From the NCBI GenBank assembly GCA_963743525.1, contig CAVUQH010000004.1, positions 512,001 to 576,000 of the forward strand: a stretch of 64,000 nt of DNA. The letters run 5' to 3'. The translations under genes were made by a program, and so were the position numbers. The notes under the pieces are model-generated. The model was given only the letters and a program-made list of their open reading frames with translations. It ran no database searches and was not told the origin of the DNA. This DNA comes from an uncultured delta proteobacterium. Lineage in GTDB: Bacteria; Myxococcota_A; Polyangia; Haliangiales; Haliangiaceae. Shown piece after piece: positions 26,978 to 36,865 of this stretch. Numbering within the stretch: the stretch's first letter is position 1; the number at the start of each line of letters is the position of its first letter.

Positions 26978-29683
26978 GTGTCCGAGTTCGACAGCAGACA
27001 GCCAGCAGCACCGACCACCAAGCCGGCGCCCAAGAAGCCTGCGGCGGCTCCGGGGCGAGCGACGCGGACCAGCAAGATCCAGCGCAAGGCCGCCCCGGGT
27101 GGCAGCGGCAGCGGAGCCGCCGGCGCCGACGCAGCGCTCGACGCGGCCACACAGTCGAGTGGTGCCGGCCTGCCGTCGGACATGCGCGGTGACCTCGAGG
27201 GATCGCTGGGTACCTCGCTCGCCGACGTGCGCGTGCACACCGGCTCGGAGTCGGCCACCGCGGCGGCGGCGATGGGCGCGCGCGCCTTCACCGTCGGCCA
27301 GGACATTCACTTCGGCGCCGGCAACTTCGCGCCGAGCTCGAGCAGCGGCCGCGAGCTGATCGCGCACGAGGTCGCCCACACGGTTCAGCAGCAGGGCGGC
27401 GGCGGCGCCAATCAGGCCAAGCTCGAGGTCAGCCAGCCGGGCGACAGCCACGAGGTCGCGGCCGACCGCTTTGCCGCCGCGTTCTCCATGGGCGTCGGCC
27501 AGCTGGCGCCGATCGCGCGGGGCAGCGTCTCCGGCAACCTCAGCCGCGACGCCGAGGAAGGCGGCGGCGGCGTGGGCGACATGGCCCTCGGCTGGGTCAT
27601 CGATCGAATCCACGACGCGTCGTCGCTGGTCAGCGCGCTGTCCACGGTCAGCGCGACGATGGCGCAGACGGTGATCCGGACCATCGCCAACCGGGCACCA
27701 CAGATCATCGAGAGCTTCATCGAGCTCAACCCGACCCACTCGCTGGTCATCTACGCCATCCGACAGATTTCCCACGAACGCGTGCAGGCGCTGTTCGCGC
27801 GCATCGACGTGGCCCAGGTCGCGCGCATCGTGCAGAGCCTGGCCGCCGCCGGGCTGCTGGTCGCCTTCGGCCCGCTGATCTTCGCCCTGGCCCCGGAGCG
27901 GGCGCGGCAGATCATCCACAACCTCGACCGCAACGTCGTCACGCCGCTGTTCCGCGCAGCGAACGCCCAGTCCAAGGCGTTCGTCACCCAGATCCTCAAC
28001 GAGGTCTGGCCGATCGGCCTGGGTGTCGCCGTCAGTGCCGGACTGGGCGCCACCTTTGGCTATCCGATCTATGTCGGCGGCGACGCGCTGTTCACCCTGT
28101 CGCGCGCCAGCACCGAGAACTTCGAGTTCCGCCGCCGCGGCGAAGCCCGAGTGGCGGCCGATTCCGGCGCCGGCGTGGGCGCGTTCTACGGCACCGGTGG
28201 CCGCGCGCAAGGCGGCGGCACCAGCGCCGGCGGCGGCGAGGGTGCCAGCGGCATCGGCGTCGGTGCCAGCGCCGGCGTGCAGGGCCAGGCCGGCGTCAAG
28301 ATGATCGTCGATCAGAAGTTCGGCTTCCCGGTGTTCGAGGACAACGCGTTCCTGTCGATGCTGGTCGCGGTCTCCGGCGCCGACACGTCAACCTCGTTCA
28401 TGGTCGGGCGGATGCTGTTCGACTGCGTCGCCAACGTCGACCCGATGCTCTACAACACGTCGACCAAGTTCGAGGCCAAGCTGTACGCCGAGGGCAACGC
28501 CGCGGCCCAGGCCGGCCTGCGCCTGCGCGACGAGAACACCATCGACGCGCCGCAGAGCTGGAGCACGCGCGAGGGCCAGGGTGCCGCCAACACCGGCGCC
28601 ACCAGCTGGTGGACGCGTCTGCTCGGTCTCAACGCCAGTCTCGTCGGCCACGCTGGCGCGGAGGCCGGCATCGGCGTGGAGATGACGCCCCACTACGGCC
28701 GCGATCGCAGCCAGGGCCCGGAGTCGATCGACTTCGAGCTGAGCATCGAGGCATCGGCCGCGCTCAGCGTGGTGCACAGCATTCCGTGGCTGTCGTCGCA
28801 CCTGCCCCAGCTGCCCAGCCTCGACGGCGCCATGGGTGCCAAGGTCCGTTTCCACGCCACGCCGCCGTCAACGCCGGAAGGCGATCCGCAGCTGCAGAAC
28901 ACCGGCATGTCGCTCTACGCCAAGACCGGCGAGACCGACATGTACCAGGGCGAGGCGAGCGAGACCGAGGTGTCGATGAACTACGACGAACACACGTTCG
29001 ACGACATCGACCATTTCCTCGCCAGCATCCAGGGCGGCATCCAGTTCTTCCGCCGCTTCAGCGTCGGCAGCACCCTGGGTCGCAAATACATGGCCATGGC
29101 CGGGCGGCAGCGCGCCTTCAACGCCATGCTGCCGCAGCAGTACCGGACCTTCGGCTTCACCCTCGAGGGCTACCTCGACTTCAAGGCGATGATCAGCGTC
29201 GCCCAGGCGCGGTCGATCTTCCGCACGGTGCAGGCCGCCGTGCACACCGGAAGCCAGGGCGACGACGCGCTGCAGCGCCTGTACGCCGACGTGCTCCGTT
29301 TCTTCAACACCGGTCACGCGCCTGCCTATGTCACCAGTGCGCTGACCGACGTCGCCAACACCATGCTGTCGGGCGTCCGCGAGCTCAAGCTTCACGGACA
29401 GGCGGGGCTGCGCGTCGCCGCCGGCGCGCAGGCGTCCGAGGGCGCCAAGGTGCGGCTGCACGGCAGCGCCGGCGCCATGGTCACGCTCGACTACGACATC
29501 CTCCAGGCGATCGGCCACGGCGCAATCACCGTCAACGACATCCAGCATCTGATCGAGCAGGGCGTCGATGCCGCCCGCGGCTTCATCGAGATGGGCGGCG
29601 ACGACTCGGTCAACGCCAACCCGCCCGCGGACGCCGACGCTGCGCAGCCGGCGGCCAGCGGCAGCGGCGGGGCCCAGGACTGA
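26978..29683 (+). CDS. DUF4157 (eCIS core domain) protein with long unrecognised C-terminal region
   Basis: LADVRVHTG...ARAFTVGQDIHF...LIAHEVAHTVQQ and QAKLEVSQPGDSHEVAADRFA. Start uncertain (GTG 26978 chosen). Confidence 0.88.
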   Translation: MSEFDSRQPAAPTTKPAPKKPAAAPGRATRTSKIQRKAAPGGSGSGAAGADAALDAATQSSGAGLPSDMRGDLEGSLGTSLADVRVHTGSESATAAAAMGARAFTVGQDIHFGAGNFAPSSSSGRELIAHEVAHTVQQQGGGGANQAKLEVSQPGDSHEVAADRFAAAFSMGVGQLAPIARGSVSGNLSRDAEEGGGGVGDMALGWVIDRIHDASSLVSALSTVSATMAQTVIRTIANRAPQIIESFIELNPTHSLVIYAIRQISHERVQALFARIDVAQVARIVQSLAAAGLLVAFGPLIFALAPERARQIIHNLDRNVVTPLFRAANAQSKAFVTQILNEVWPIGLGVAVSAGLGATFGYPIYVGGDALFTLSRASTENFEFRRRGEARVAADSGAGVGAFYGTGGRAQGGGTSAGGGEGASGIGVGASAGVQGQAGVKMIVDQKFGFPVFEDNAFLSMLVAVSGADTSTSFMVGRMLFDCVANVDPMLYNTSTKFEAKLYAEGNAAAQAGLRLRDENTIDAPQSWSTREGQGAANTGATSWWTRLLGLNASLVGHAGAEAGIGVEMTPHYGRDRSQGPESIDFELSIEASAALSVVHSIPWLSSHLPQLPSLDGAMGAKVRFHATPPSTPEGDPQLQNTGMSLYAKTGETDMYQGEASETEVSMNYDEHTFDDIDHFLASIQGGIQFFRRFSVGSTLGRKYMAMAGRQRAFNAMLPQQYRTFGFTLEGYLDFKAMISVAQARSIFRTVQAAVHTGSQGDDALQRLYADVLRFFNTGHAPAYVTSALTDVANTMLSGVRELKLHGQAGLRVAAGAQASEGAKVRLHGSAGAMVTLDYDILQAIGHGAITVNDIQHLIEQGVDAARGFIEMGGDDSVNANPPADADAAQPAASGSGGAQD

Positions 29684-29686
29684 GCC

Positions 29687-30925
29687 ATGGCCCGGATCGC
29701 CTGTCTCTGCTACTCGGGCAGCCTGGCCCATGCCGGACGTACGGTCGCGGTCGCCCGCGAGCTGGCGCGGCGCGGCCACGACGTCACCGTGTGCGGCCAG
29801 CCGCGCTACCTCGAGTCGAGCCTGCTGGTCAACCGCGGTGAGCTGCCGCTCGAGGTGTTGCACGAGCCGGATCTGTCGGCGGTGCTGGCGCCGTCGCGCG
29901 GCGGCGCCGACGACGAGCAGGCCGGCGCCTTCGCCTTTGCCGGCGCGGTCCACGACGAGCTGCAGCTGTTCTCGCGCCTGCGCCCGCAGGCGGTCGTGGT
30001 CGACAACCGGCGCAGCGCCATCGTCTCGGCCGCGCGCATCGGCGTCCCGTCGGTGTCGCTGACCAACGCCAGCCTGCTGGGCTCGCTCAGCGCCATCAAT
30101 CCGCTGCGCTCGGAGCTGGCCGACATCGGCGGTCCGGCGGTCGGCTTGCCGCCGATGGAGATGCGGCAGAGCCCGGCGCTGCGCGGCCGCCCCGACGACG
30201 AGGTGATTCCCATCGGCGCGCGACCGCTGCCGCCGATCCTGGCCGACTTCATCGGCAGCATGGGCGTTACGCCGCCGGCGTCGGTGCACGAGCTGTCGCT
30301 GGGCACGCGCACCCTGGTGCTCGACGACGCCACGCTGTTCCCGGTGCGCGACCTTCCCGAAGGCGCCCGCCAGGTCGGGCCGCTGACCTTCGACGTGGCG
30401 ACGCAGATGCCGCGCTGGTGGTGGTCGCTGCCCGAGGAGCTGCCGTTCGTCTACGTCACCTTCGGTTCCACCGGTTCGGCACCACTGCTCGAGCGGCTGC
30501 TCGAGGCGCTGGTCGGGCTGGGAACTCAGCTGGTGGCGACCACCGCCGATCTGATTCAAACCGTGCCCGACGGTGTGCACGCCTGCCGCTACCTGCCGGG
30601 CAGCGAGGTCGCCCGCCGCGCCCGGTTGGTGGTCTGCCACGGCGGCAGCTTGACCATGTACCAGGCGCTCGCCGGCGGCACGCCGGTGATGGCGGTGCCA
30701 ACGCACTTCGAGCAGGCGATCGAGGCGATCCCCTTCGTCCGCGCCGGCGTGGCCCGGGCGATGTCGCAGCTCGACGTCGCCGCCGACCCGGCCAGCGCAG
30801 CGGCGGTGGCCCGGGGCATGCTCGACGACGCGGCCTTGCACCGGCGCGCCGAGGAGGCCGGCAAGCGGATCGATTCGACCGCGGCCCTGGCCGCCTGCGC
30901 CGACACGGTCGAAGAGCTGGTCTGA
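29687..30925 (+). CDS. GT-B glycosyltransferase (GT1/MGT-like)
   Basis: LAHAGR...LARRGHDV, VYVTFGSTG, YLPG, VVCHGG, GTPVMAVP...EQ. Confidence 0.88.
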   Translation: MARIACLCYSGSLAHAGRTVAVARELARRGHDVTVCGQPRYLESSLLVNRGELPLEVLHEPDLSAVLAPSRGGADDEQAGAFAFAGAVHDELQLFSRLRPQAVVVDNRRSAIVSAARIGVPSVSLTNASLLGSLSAINPLRSELADIGGPAVGLPPMEMRQSPALRGRPDDEVIPIGARPLPPILADFIGSMGVTPPASVHELSLGTRTLVLDDATLFPVRDLPEGARQVGPLTFDVATQMPRWWWSLPEELPFVYVTFGSTGSAPLLERLLEALVGLGTQLVATTADLIQTVPDGVHACRYLPGSEVARRARLVVCHGGSLTMYQALAGGTPVMAVPTHFEQAIEAIPFVRAGVARAMSQLDVAADPASAAAVARGMLDDAALHRRAEEAGKRIDSTAALAACADTVEELV

Positions 30926-30935
30926 GTCGCCGGGC

Positions 30936-31996
30936 TCAGTCGACCGCGAGGCCCAGGCGCTCGCCGCGGTAGCGCGCGCGCACGGCGTCGGCCCACACCC
31001 GGTGGTCGAGGTACCAGCGCACCGTCTGCTCCAGCCCGCGCTCGAGCGACGTCGTCGCCGCCCAGCCGAGCTCGCCGCGCGCGCGCTGCGAATCGAGAGC
31101 GTAGCGGCGGTCGTGGCCGGGTCGATCGCCGACGTGGGTGATCAATTGCTCGTACGGCGCACCGCCGGGGCGCGCGCGGTCGAGCGCGCGACACAGCAGT
31201 GCGACCACGTCGCGGTTGTCGCGCGGCTCGCCGCCGCCGAGGTTGTAGCAGCGCCCCGGCTCGCCGCGAGTGACGGCACAGACGATGCCGTCGCACGCAT
31301 CGTCGAACGTACAGCCAGCTGCGCTGCTGCAGCCCGTCGCCGTAGATCGGGATCGACTCGCCGCGCAGCGCCTTGTCGATGACCAGGGGAACCAGCTTCT
31401 CGGGGAACTGCCGCGGCCCGTAGCAGTTGGTCGGCAGCGACACCGACACCGGCACGCGGTAGGTGGCGTGCCAGGCCAGCGCCAGATGCTGCTGCGCCGC
31501 CTTGGTCGCCGCGTACGGGTTGTGCGGGCGGATCGGTGCCTCCTCGCCGGCGACCTCCCCCGTCGCGACCGGGCCGTAGACCTCGTCGGTCGAACACCTG
31601 GTGGAACAACACGCCGGTGCGCCCGCGCCAGGCGGCCTGCGCGGCGCGCAAGAGCTCGACCGTGGCGGTCACGTTGGTGGCCAGAAACGGGTCGATGTCG
31701 TCGATCGACCGATCGACATGGGTCTCGGCGGCCAGGTGGACGACGGTGTCGATCGCTTCGCCGGCGATCAGCTCGGCCATATGCGCGCGATCGCCGACAT
31801 CTGCCTCGACCAGTCGGTGGCGCGCGGCGTCGAGCCCGTCCAGGTGCTCGCGGCTGCCGGCGTAGGTCAGCGCATCGACGCTGACGACGCGGCGATCCGG
31901 ATCGCGGAGCAGCGCGCGCACCAGGCTCGAGCCGATGAAGCCGGCGGCGCCGGTGACCAGCACGCTGCGCGGCCGATGGCGCTCAGGAGAAGACAT
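30936..31996 (-). CDS. rmlB: dTDP-glucose 4,6-dehydratase, two apparent +1 frameshifts (near 31593 and 31306)
   Basis: VLVTGAAGFIGS, DALTYAG, HLAAETHVDRSI, (V)STDEVYG, NPYAATK, NCYGPRQFPEKL, DRPGHDRRY, spread over three frames. Confidence 0.9.
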
Positions 31997-32801
31997 CGGC
32001 CAGCTCCTGCTCCCACGGCGGCAGCACCAGACCCAGCTGCCGGGCGCGGCGGTTGTCGAGGCGCGAATCCCGCGGCCGAGGCGCGCCGCCGAAACGCGCG
32101 GCGGGAACGTCGCGGACCTCGGCCGGCACGCCGGCGATCTCGAGCAGCGCGCGCACCCACTCCAGCCGCGTGGCGCCGCCGCTGCAGACCACGTGCAGCG
32201 GTCCGCTGACGGCCAGCTCGGCCAGCCGGCGCAAGCCACGCGCCGCCGCGCGCGCCGACGTCGGCACCCCGGACTGCGCGGCGGAGACCTCGACGGCGCG
32301 GTCGCGACGGGCGCGGTCGATCATCCGCGCGGCGAACCCGCGCTCGCGATCGTAGAGCCACGACACCCGGGCGACCAGCGCGCCGGGGCAGGCGTCGAGC
32401 ACTTCACGCTCGCCCGCCCACTTGCTTGCGCCGTAGACATTGAGCGGATCGGGGCGGTCGTCCTCGGTCAGCGGCCGGCCGCGGTCGGCGCCGAAGACGT
32501 AGTCGGTGGAGACGGCGATCAGGCGCGCACCGGCCGCCGCCGCCGCCCGCGCGACCCGGGCGCTGCCGACGACGTTGACGCGATGGGCGGTCTCCGGCTC
32601 GCGCTCGCAACGGTCGACGTCGGTGATGGCGGCGCAGTGGATGACCGCGTCGGGGCGCGCCTCCGCGATCGCCGCGGCCACCTCGCCGTCGCGGGTGAGG
32701 TCAACCTCGCGCGACGGCGGCGCCAGCAGCTGGTCGCCGGCGCACGCCGCCTGCACCGCGCCGCCGAGCAGACCACTACCGCCGGTCAGGAAGATCCTCA
32801 T
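31983..32801 (-). CDS. rmlD: dTDP-4-dehydrorhamnose reductase
   Basis: MRIFLTGGSGLLG, HCAAITDVDRCE, STDYVF, PLNVYGASKWAGE. Confidence 0.9.
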   Translation of the reverse strand: MRIFLTGGSGLLGGAVQAACAGDQLLAPPSREVDLTRDGEVAAAIAEARPDAVIHCAAITDVDRCEREPETAHRVNVVGSARVARAAAAAGARLIAVSTDYVFGADRGRPLTEDDRPDPLNVYGASKWAGEREVLDACPGALVARVSWLYDRERGFAARMIDRARRDRAVEVSAAQSGVPTSARAAARGLRRLAELAVSGPLHVVCSGGATRLEWVRALLEIAGVPAEVRDVPAARFGGAPRPRDSRLDNRRARQLGLVLPPWEQELADVFS

Positions 32802-33321
32802 CGTCCAGATCTCGAAGCCGAGGCAGCGCAGCGTCGCGGGCCGACACGATCGGCGACCGGTCGAGCGGCCAGTCGATGGCCAGCTGCGGATCGTCCCAGC
32901 GCACGCCGCGCTGACCGCGCGGCTGGTACGGCTCGCTGAGCGCGTAGACCACGTCGCAGTCGCCGTCGAGGGCGAGGAAGCCGTGGGCGAACCCGGGCGG
33001 AATCCACAGCCCGTCGCCGGCGCCGAGCTCGACCGCCACGTGCCGGCCAAAGGTGTCGCTGCCCGCGCGGACGTCAACGGCGACGTCGAAGACGCGCCCG
33101 CGAGTGACCCACACCTGCTTGCCCTGCGCCGGCAGCTGCCAGTGCAGCCCGCGCAGCGCGCCGGCCGCCGAACGGGTCAGGTTGATCTGGCGAATCGGGC
33201 CGAAGCAGCCCGCTGCGCCGCCGGAATCGCGAAACAGCTCGCGCAGCTCTCCGCGCTCGTCTCGGTGCACCGCCGGGGCCAGCATGCGCACGCCGGGCAG
33301 GTCGGTGTCGATCACCTGCAC
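32776..33321 (-). CDS. rmlC: dTDP-4-dehydrorhamnose 3,5-epimerase
   Basis: DERG, GALRGLHWQ, QGKQV, DVAVDVR, WIPPGFAHGF, WDDPQLAIDWP. Confidence 0.92.
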   Translation of the reverse strand: MQVIDTDLPGVRMLAPAVHRDERGELRELFRDSGGAAGCFGPIRQINLTRSAAGALRGLHWQLPAQGKQVWVTRGRVFDVAVDVRAGSDTFGRHVAVELGAGDGLWIPPGFAHGFLALDGDCDVVYALSEPYQPRGQRGVRWDDPQLAIDWPLDRSPIVSARDAALPRLRDLDDEDLPDRR

Positions 33322-33397
33322 GGGCCGAGCATAGCAGCAGTCTCGCCGGCGCTGCCTCGGCGATTTCGCCCATCCTCCCTTACAATCCCAGGGCCCC

Positions 33398-36289
33398 ATG
33401 CCCCGCGATCCAGATCAGTCGGACGAGCGCCGCCCCGCGGCCCAGGCCATCGGCGAGGGCGACACGGTGATGGCCACTCCCGCCGACGACCTGGCGGCGC
33501 TGCCAACCGACTACGTGGCGACGCCGGCCGAGGTCCCCGCCGCGCGCCGGCAGCGCCCTGCCCTGCCCGAGCGCGGCAACACCCTGGGACGGTTCGTGGT
33601 CCTCGACCTGCTCGGCCAGGGCGGCTTCGGCGTGGTGCTGGCCGCCTACGATCCCGATCTCGATCGCAAGGTCGCGCTCAAGTTGATCCAGCCGACGCTG
33701 TTCCTCGCCGTCGGCGCCGACGACGCGCGCCAGCGGCTGCTGCGCGAAGCCCGCGCGCTGGCCCGGCTGTCGCATCCCAACGTGGTCGCCGTGCACGAGA
33801 TCGGCACGCTCGACGACGCGGTCTTCATCGCCATGGAGTTCGTGCCCGGCCAGACCTTGCGCGCGTGGCTGCGCGAGCGTCCGCCGCGCGAGCGCGTGCT
33901 CGAGGTCTTTGCAGCCGCCGGCCGCGGCCTTGCCGCCGCCCACCGCGCCGGCATCGTCCACCGCGACTTCAAGCCGGACAACGTGATGATCGCGGCCGAC
34001 GGGCGGGTGCGCGTGCTCGACTTCGGTCTGGCGCGGGCGGGCGGCGAGTCACACCCGCCGCGCTCCGGCGCGCCCCTGCCCCGTCCGCGCGACGACGGCG
34101 ACAGCTTGAGCGTGGAGATCACCCAGGCCGGCGCGGTGCTCGGCACGCCGGCGTACATGGCACCGGAGCAACACCGCGGCCAGCCGGCCGATGCGCGCTC
34201 GGATCAGTTCGCGTTCTGCGTGGCGCTGTACGAGGCGCTGTACGGCGCCCGCCCCTTCCCCGGCAACAGCGTGTCGGCGGTGGCCGACGCAGTAACCCGC
34301 GGCGAGCTGACGCCGCCGCCGCCCGGCTCCGGGGTGCCGCCGTCGATCGAGCGCGCGCTGCTGCGCGGCCTGGCCACCGAGCCCGGCGATCGCCACCCGT
34401 CGATGGAGGCGCTGCTCGAGCACCTGGAGCGCACACCGCGGCGCGAAGCCGAAGACCTGCTCGTCGGCAGCTGGGATGACGACGTCCGCCGCGCAGTGCA
34501 CGACGCCCTGGCCGCGGTCGGCGCCGAGGCGGTCGCGACTCGCGTGTGCGAGCGCCTCGACGCCTACGCCGCCGCGTGGATACAGGCGTACGCCGCCGCG
34601 CGCGAGGCCCAGGACAGCGGCGCGAGCGGGCGGGCGCACACACGCACCGCGTGGCTGTTGGCGCGCGTCGACGAGCTGGCGGCCCTGGCCGAGGTGCTCG
34701 CCGGTGCCGACGCCACCATCGCCGACCACGCCACCGAGGCGTGCCAGCGGCTGCCGTCGCTCGACGCCGACGCACGCGCCACCGCCGAGCCGGAGCCGCC
34801 GCGCTCGTCCGAGCTGCGCGCGCAGGTGACGCGGCAGCGTATGCGCCTGGGCCGCGCGCGTTCGCTGGCCGACACCGGCAAGTACGAGCGAGCCCTGGCC
34901 GAAGCGCGCGCGGTGCTGAGCGAAACCGAAGCCATCGACTACCCGCCGATCGCAGCCGAGGCGATGGCTGCCACCGGCGAGCTGGCAGCGCGCGCCGGTG
35001 ACACCGCCGCCGCCGAGCCGCTGCTGGTTGACGCGACCATGGCCGCCGACGCCTGCGGCCACGACGCGCTGCGCGTGCGCGCGATGACCCAGCTCATCGC
35101 GGTCGTCGGCGATGCCATGGCCCGCCCCGACGACGGTGAGCGATGGGCGCGCATGGCCGCCGCCGCCGCCCATCGCACCGGCGACGATCCGCTGACTGCC
35201 GGTCGCATCCGCCTGGCCCGGGCGCGGGTGTCGATCCGCGGCGGCCAGTATCCGCGTGCGCGCGACGAGGCCCGCGCCGCCGCCGACACCATCGCCGCGG
35301 CCCACGGCACCGGCGATCATCCCGAGGTCGCCGAGGCGCTGACCGCGCTGGGCGACGCGCTGCGCGAGCTCGGCGACTGGCCGGCCGCGGAAGCCGCGCT
35401 GGCGCGCGCGCTGGAGGTGCGCGAGCGGCTCCTCGGCCGCGGCCATCCGCACCTGGCCCAGTCGCTGTCGGCGCTGGGCGTCCTGCAGGCGGCGCGCGGT
35501 GCCTACGCCGAGGCGCTGGGCTACCACCAGCGCGCGGTCGCGGTGGCCGAGGCAGCGCTTGCACCCGACCACGCGGCGCTGGCCGGCTATCTCGAGTACC
35601 TCGGCGAGGCGTACACCTTGCTCGGCCGCCACGCCGACGCCATCGCGCCGCTCGAGCGGGCGCTGGCCGCGCGCGAGCGCGCCCTCGGTCCCGACCACCC
35701 CGACATCGCCAACGCGCTGACGCAACTGGGGCGGACGATGCGGGCCATGGGTCGATTCGAAGACGCCCGCGCCGCTTACCAGCGCGCACTCGACGTGCGC
35801 GTCGCCGCCCTGGGCGATGACCACCCGGAGGTCGCCGCGTGCGAGAACAACCTGGGCATGGCGCTGATGAGCCTGGGCGATCATGCCGGCGCGCGCGAGC
35901 ACCACGGTCGGGCGCTGGCGATCCGCGAGGCGCGACTGGGTCCGACGCACCCGACGACCGCCAACTCGCTGACCAACGTCGGTCGCGCGTGCGTGGCGCT
36001 CGGCCGACTCGACGAAGCCGAGGACGCTCTCGGCCGCGCAGTGGCGATCTGGGAGGCGACCGGTCACCACTTTCTGTCGTACGCGCTGCACGCCCTGGGC
36101 AACGCGCGGCAGGCCCGCGGCGACACCACCGGCGCGCTCGACTACTACCGGCGCGCGCTGGCGATCCGCGAAGCGGCGCTGGGCGCCGACCATCCCACCG
36201 TCGCCGAGATCCTCCGCGACCTGCTGGTCGCGCAGGAGAGCGCCGGCCTCGATGCCGACGCCGCGACCACTCGCGCGCGCCTGGGTTAG
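33398..36289 (+). CDS. Ser/Thr protein kinase with C-terminal TPR repeats
   Basis: LGQGGFGVV, HRDFKPDN, DFG, GTPAYMAPEQ; repeated RALxxRExxLGxxHP units. Confidence 0.93.
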   Translation: MPRDPDQSDERRPAAQAIGEGDTVMATPADDLAALPTDYVATPAEVPAARRQRPALPERGNTLGRFVVLDLLGQGGFGVVLAAYDPDLDRKVALKLIQPTLFLAVGADDARQRLLREARALARLSHPNVVAVHEIGTLDDAVFIAMEFVPGQTLRAWLRERPPRERVLEVFAAAGRGLAAAHRAGIVHRDFKPDNVMIAADGRVRVLDFGLARAGGESHPPRSGAPLPRPRDDGDSLSVEITQAGAVLGTPAYMAPEQHRGQPADARSDQFAFCVALYEALYGARPFPGNSVSAVADAVTRGELTPPPPGSGVPPSIERALLRGLATEPGDRHPSMEALLEHLERTPRREAEDLLVGSWDDDVRRAVHDALAAVGAEAVATRVCERLDAYAAAWIQAYAAAREAQDSGASGRAHTRTAWLLARVDELAALAEVLAGADATIADHATEACQRLPSLDADARATAEPEPPRSSELRAQVTRQRMRLGRARSLADTGKYERALAEARAVLSETEAIDYPPIAAEAMAATGELAARAGDTAAAEPLLVDATMAADACGHDALRVRAMTQLIAVVGDAMARPDDGERWARMAAAAAHRTGDDPLTAGRIRLARARVSIRGGQYPRARDEARAAADTIAAAHGTGDHPEVAEALTALGDALRELGDWPAAEAALARALEVRERLLGRGHPHLAQSLSALGVLQAARGAYAEALGYHQRAVAVAEAALAPDHAALAGYLEYLGEAYTLLGRHADAIAPLERALAARERALGPDHPDIANALTQLGRTMRAMGRFEDARAAYQRALDVRVAALGDDHPEVAACENNLGMALMSLGDHAGAREHHGRALAIREARLGPTHPTTANSLTNVGRACVALGRLDEAEDALGRAVAIWEATGHHFLSYALHALGNARQARGDTTGALDYYRRALAIREAALGADHPTVAEILRDLLVAQESAGLDADAATTRARLG

Positions 36290-36394
36290 CCGGCCGATAT
36301 GCGCCTACACCGACACCGCATCCGAGAAAGGTGCGGGAGCGAACGCGCGTTTCGCGTCGAGCAGGCCGCCCGGCAGAGCTGATATCCTCGCGGG

Positions 36395-36865
36395 GTGCGA
36401 CTCCACACCTCTGTCATGAAGCTCTTCTGTGCCGCCGCACTGCTCGCGACCGTGGCCGTGTCCCGACCGGCCGCGGCCAACCCCGGGCTCCGCGGCGGCG
36501 TCACCAGCCGACCGGACACCCTGTTCCTCGGCTTCCAGTACGACGCGCTGATCTCGCGCGGCCGCAGCCTGGCGTTCGTCTTCCAGCCGGGCATCGACGT
36601 CGGCTTCAACGACAACCTGTTCCTGATCCGCGGCACCGGCCACTTCGCCTTCTGGATCCCGGTCGGCCGCAGCCCACACGTGTACCTCTACCCGCTGATC
36701 GGCGTGAGCGGCACGTACTACAACTTCAAGGACCCGGGCGGCGACGACACCGGCATCGGCATGGACCTCGGCTTCGGCATGCGCATCAACCAGTTCGGCT
36801 TCGAGTTCTGGGGCAGCTTCCGCGACGCCCCTGACCTCACCCTCGCCTTCTCGATCAGTTTCTAG
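36395..36865 (+). CDS. Small outer-membrane beta-barrel protein
   Basis: Signal peptide, alternating aromatic strands, C-terminal Phe (LAFSISF). Alternative start ATG 36416. Confidence 0.75.
   Translation: MRLHTSVMKLFCAAALLATVAVSRPAAANPGLRGGVTSRPDTLFLGFQYDALISRGRSLAFVFQPGIDVGFNDNLFLIRGTGHFAFWIPVGRSPHVYLYPLIGVSGTYYNFKDPGGDDTGIGMDLGFGMRINQFGFEFWGSFRDAPDLTLAFSISF

Noticed and set aside
26054..29683. 1209-aa hemerythrin-DUF4157 fusion
   Set aside because: Chimera caused by the indel near 26327. The middle is antisense to the NPC lipoprotein gene, and the hemerythrin has its own stop at 26579.
31302..31595. Programmed frameshifting or phase variation in rmlB and other split genes
   Set aside because: No slippery heptamers or homopolymer tracts; the indels share a GTCGAC context better explained as systematic error.
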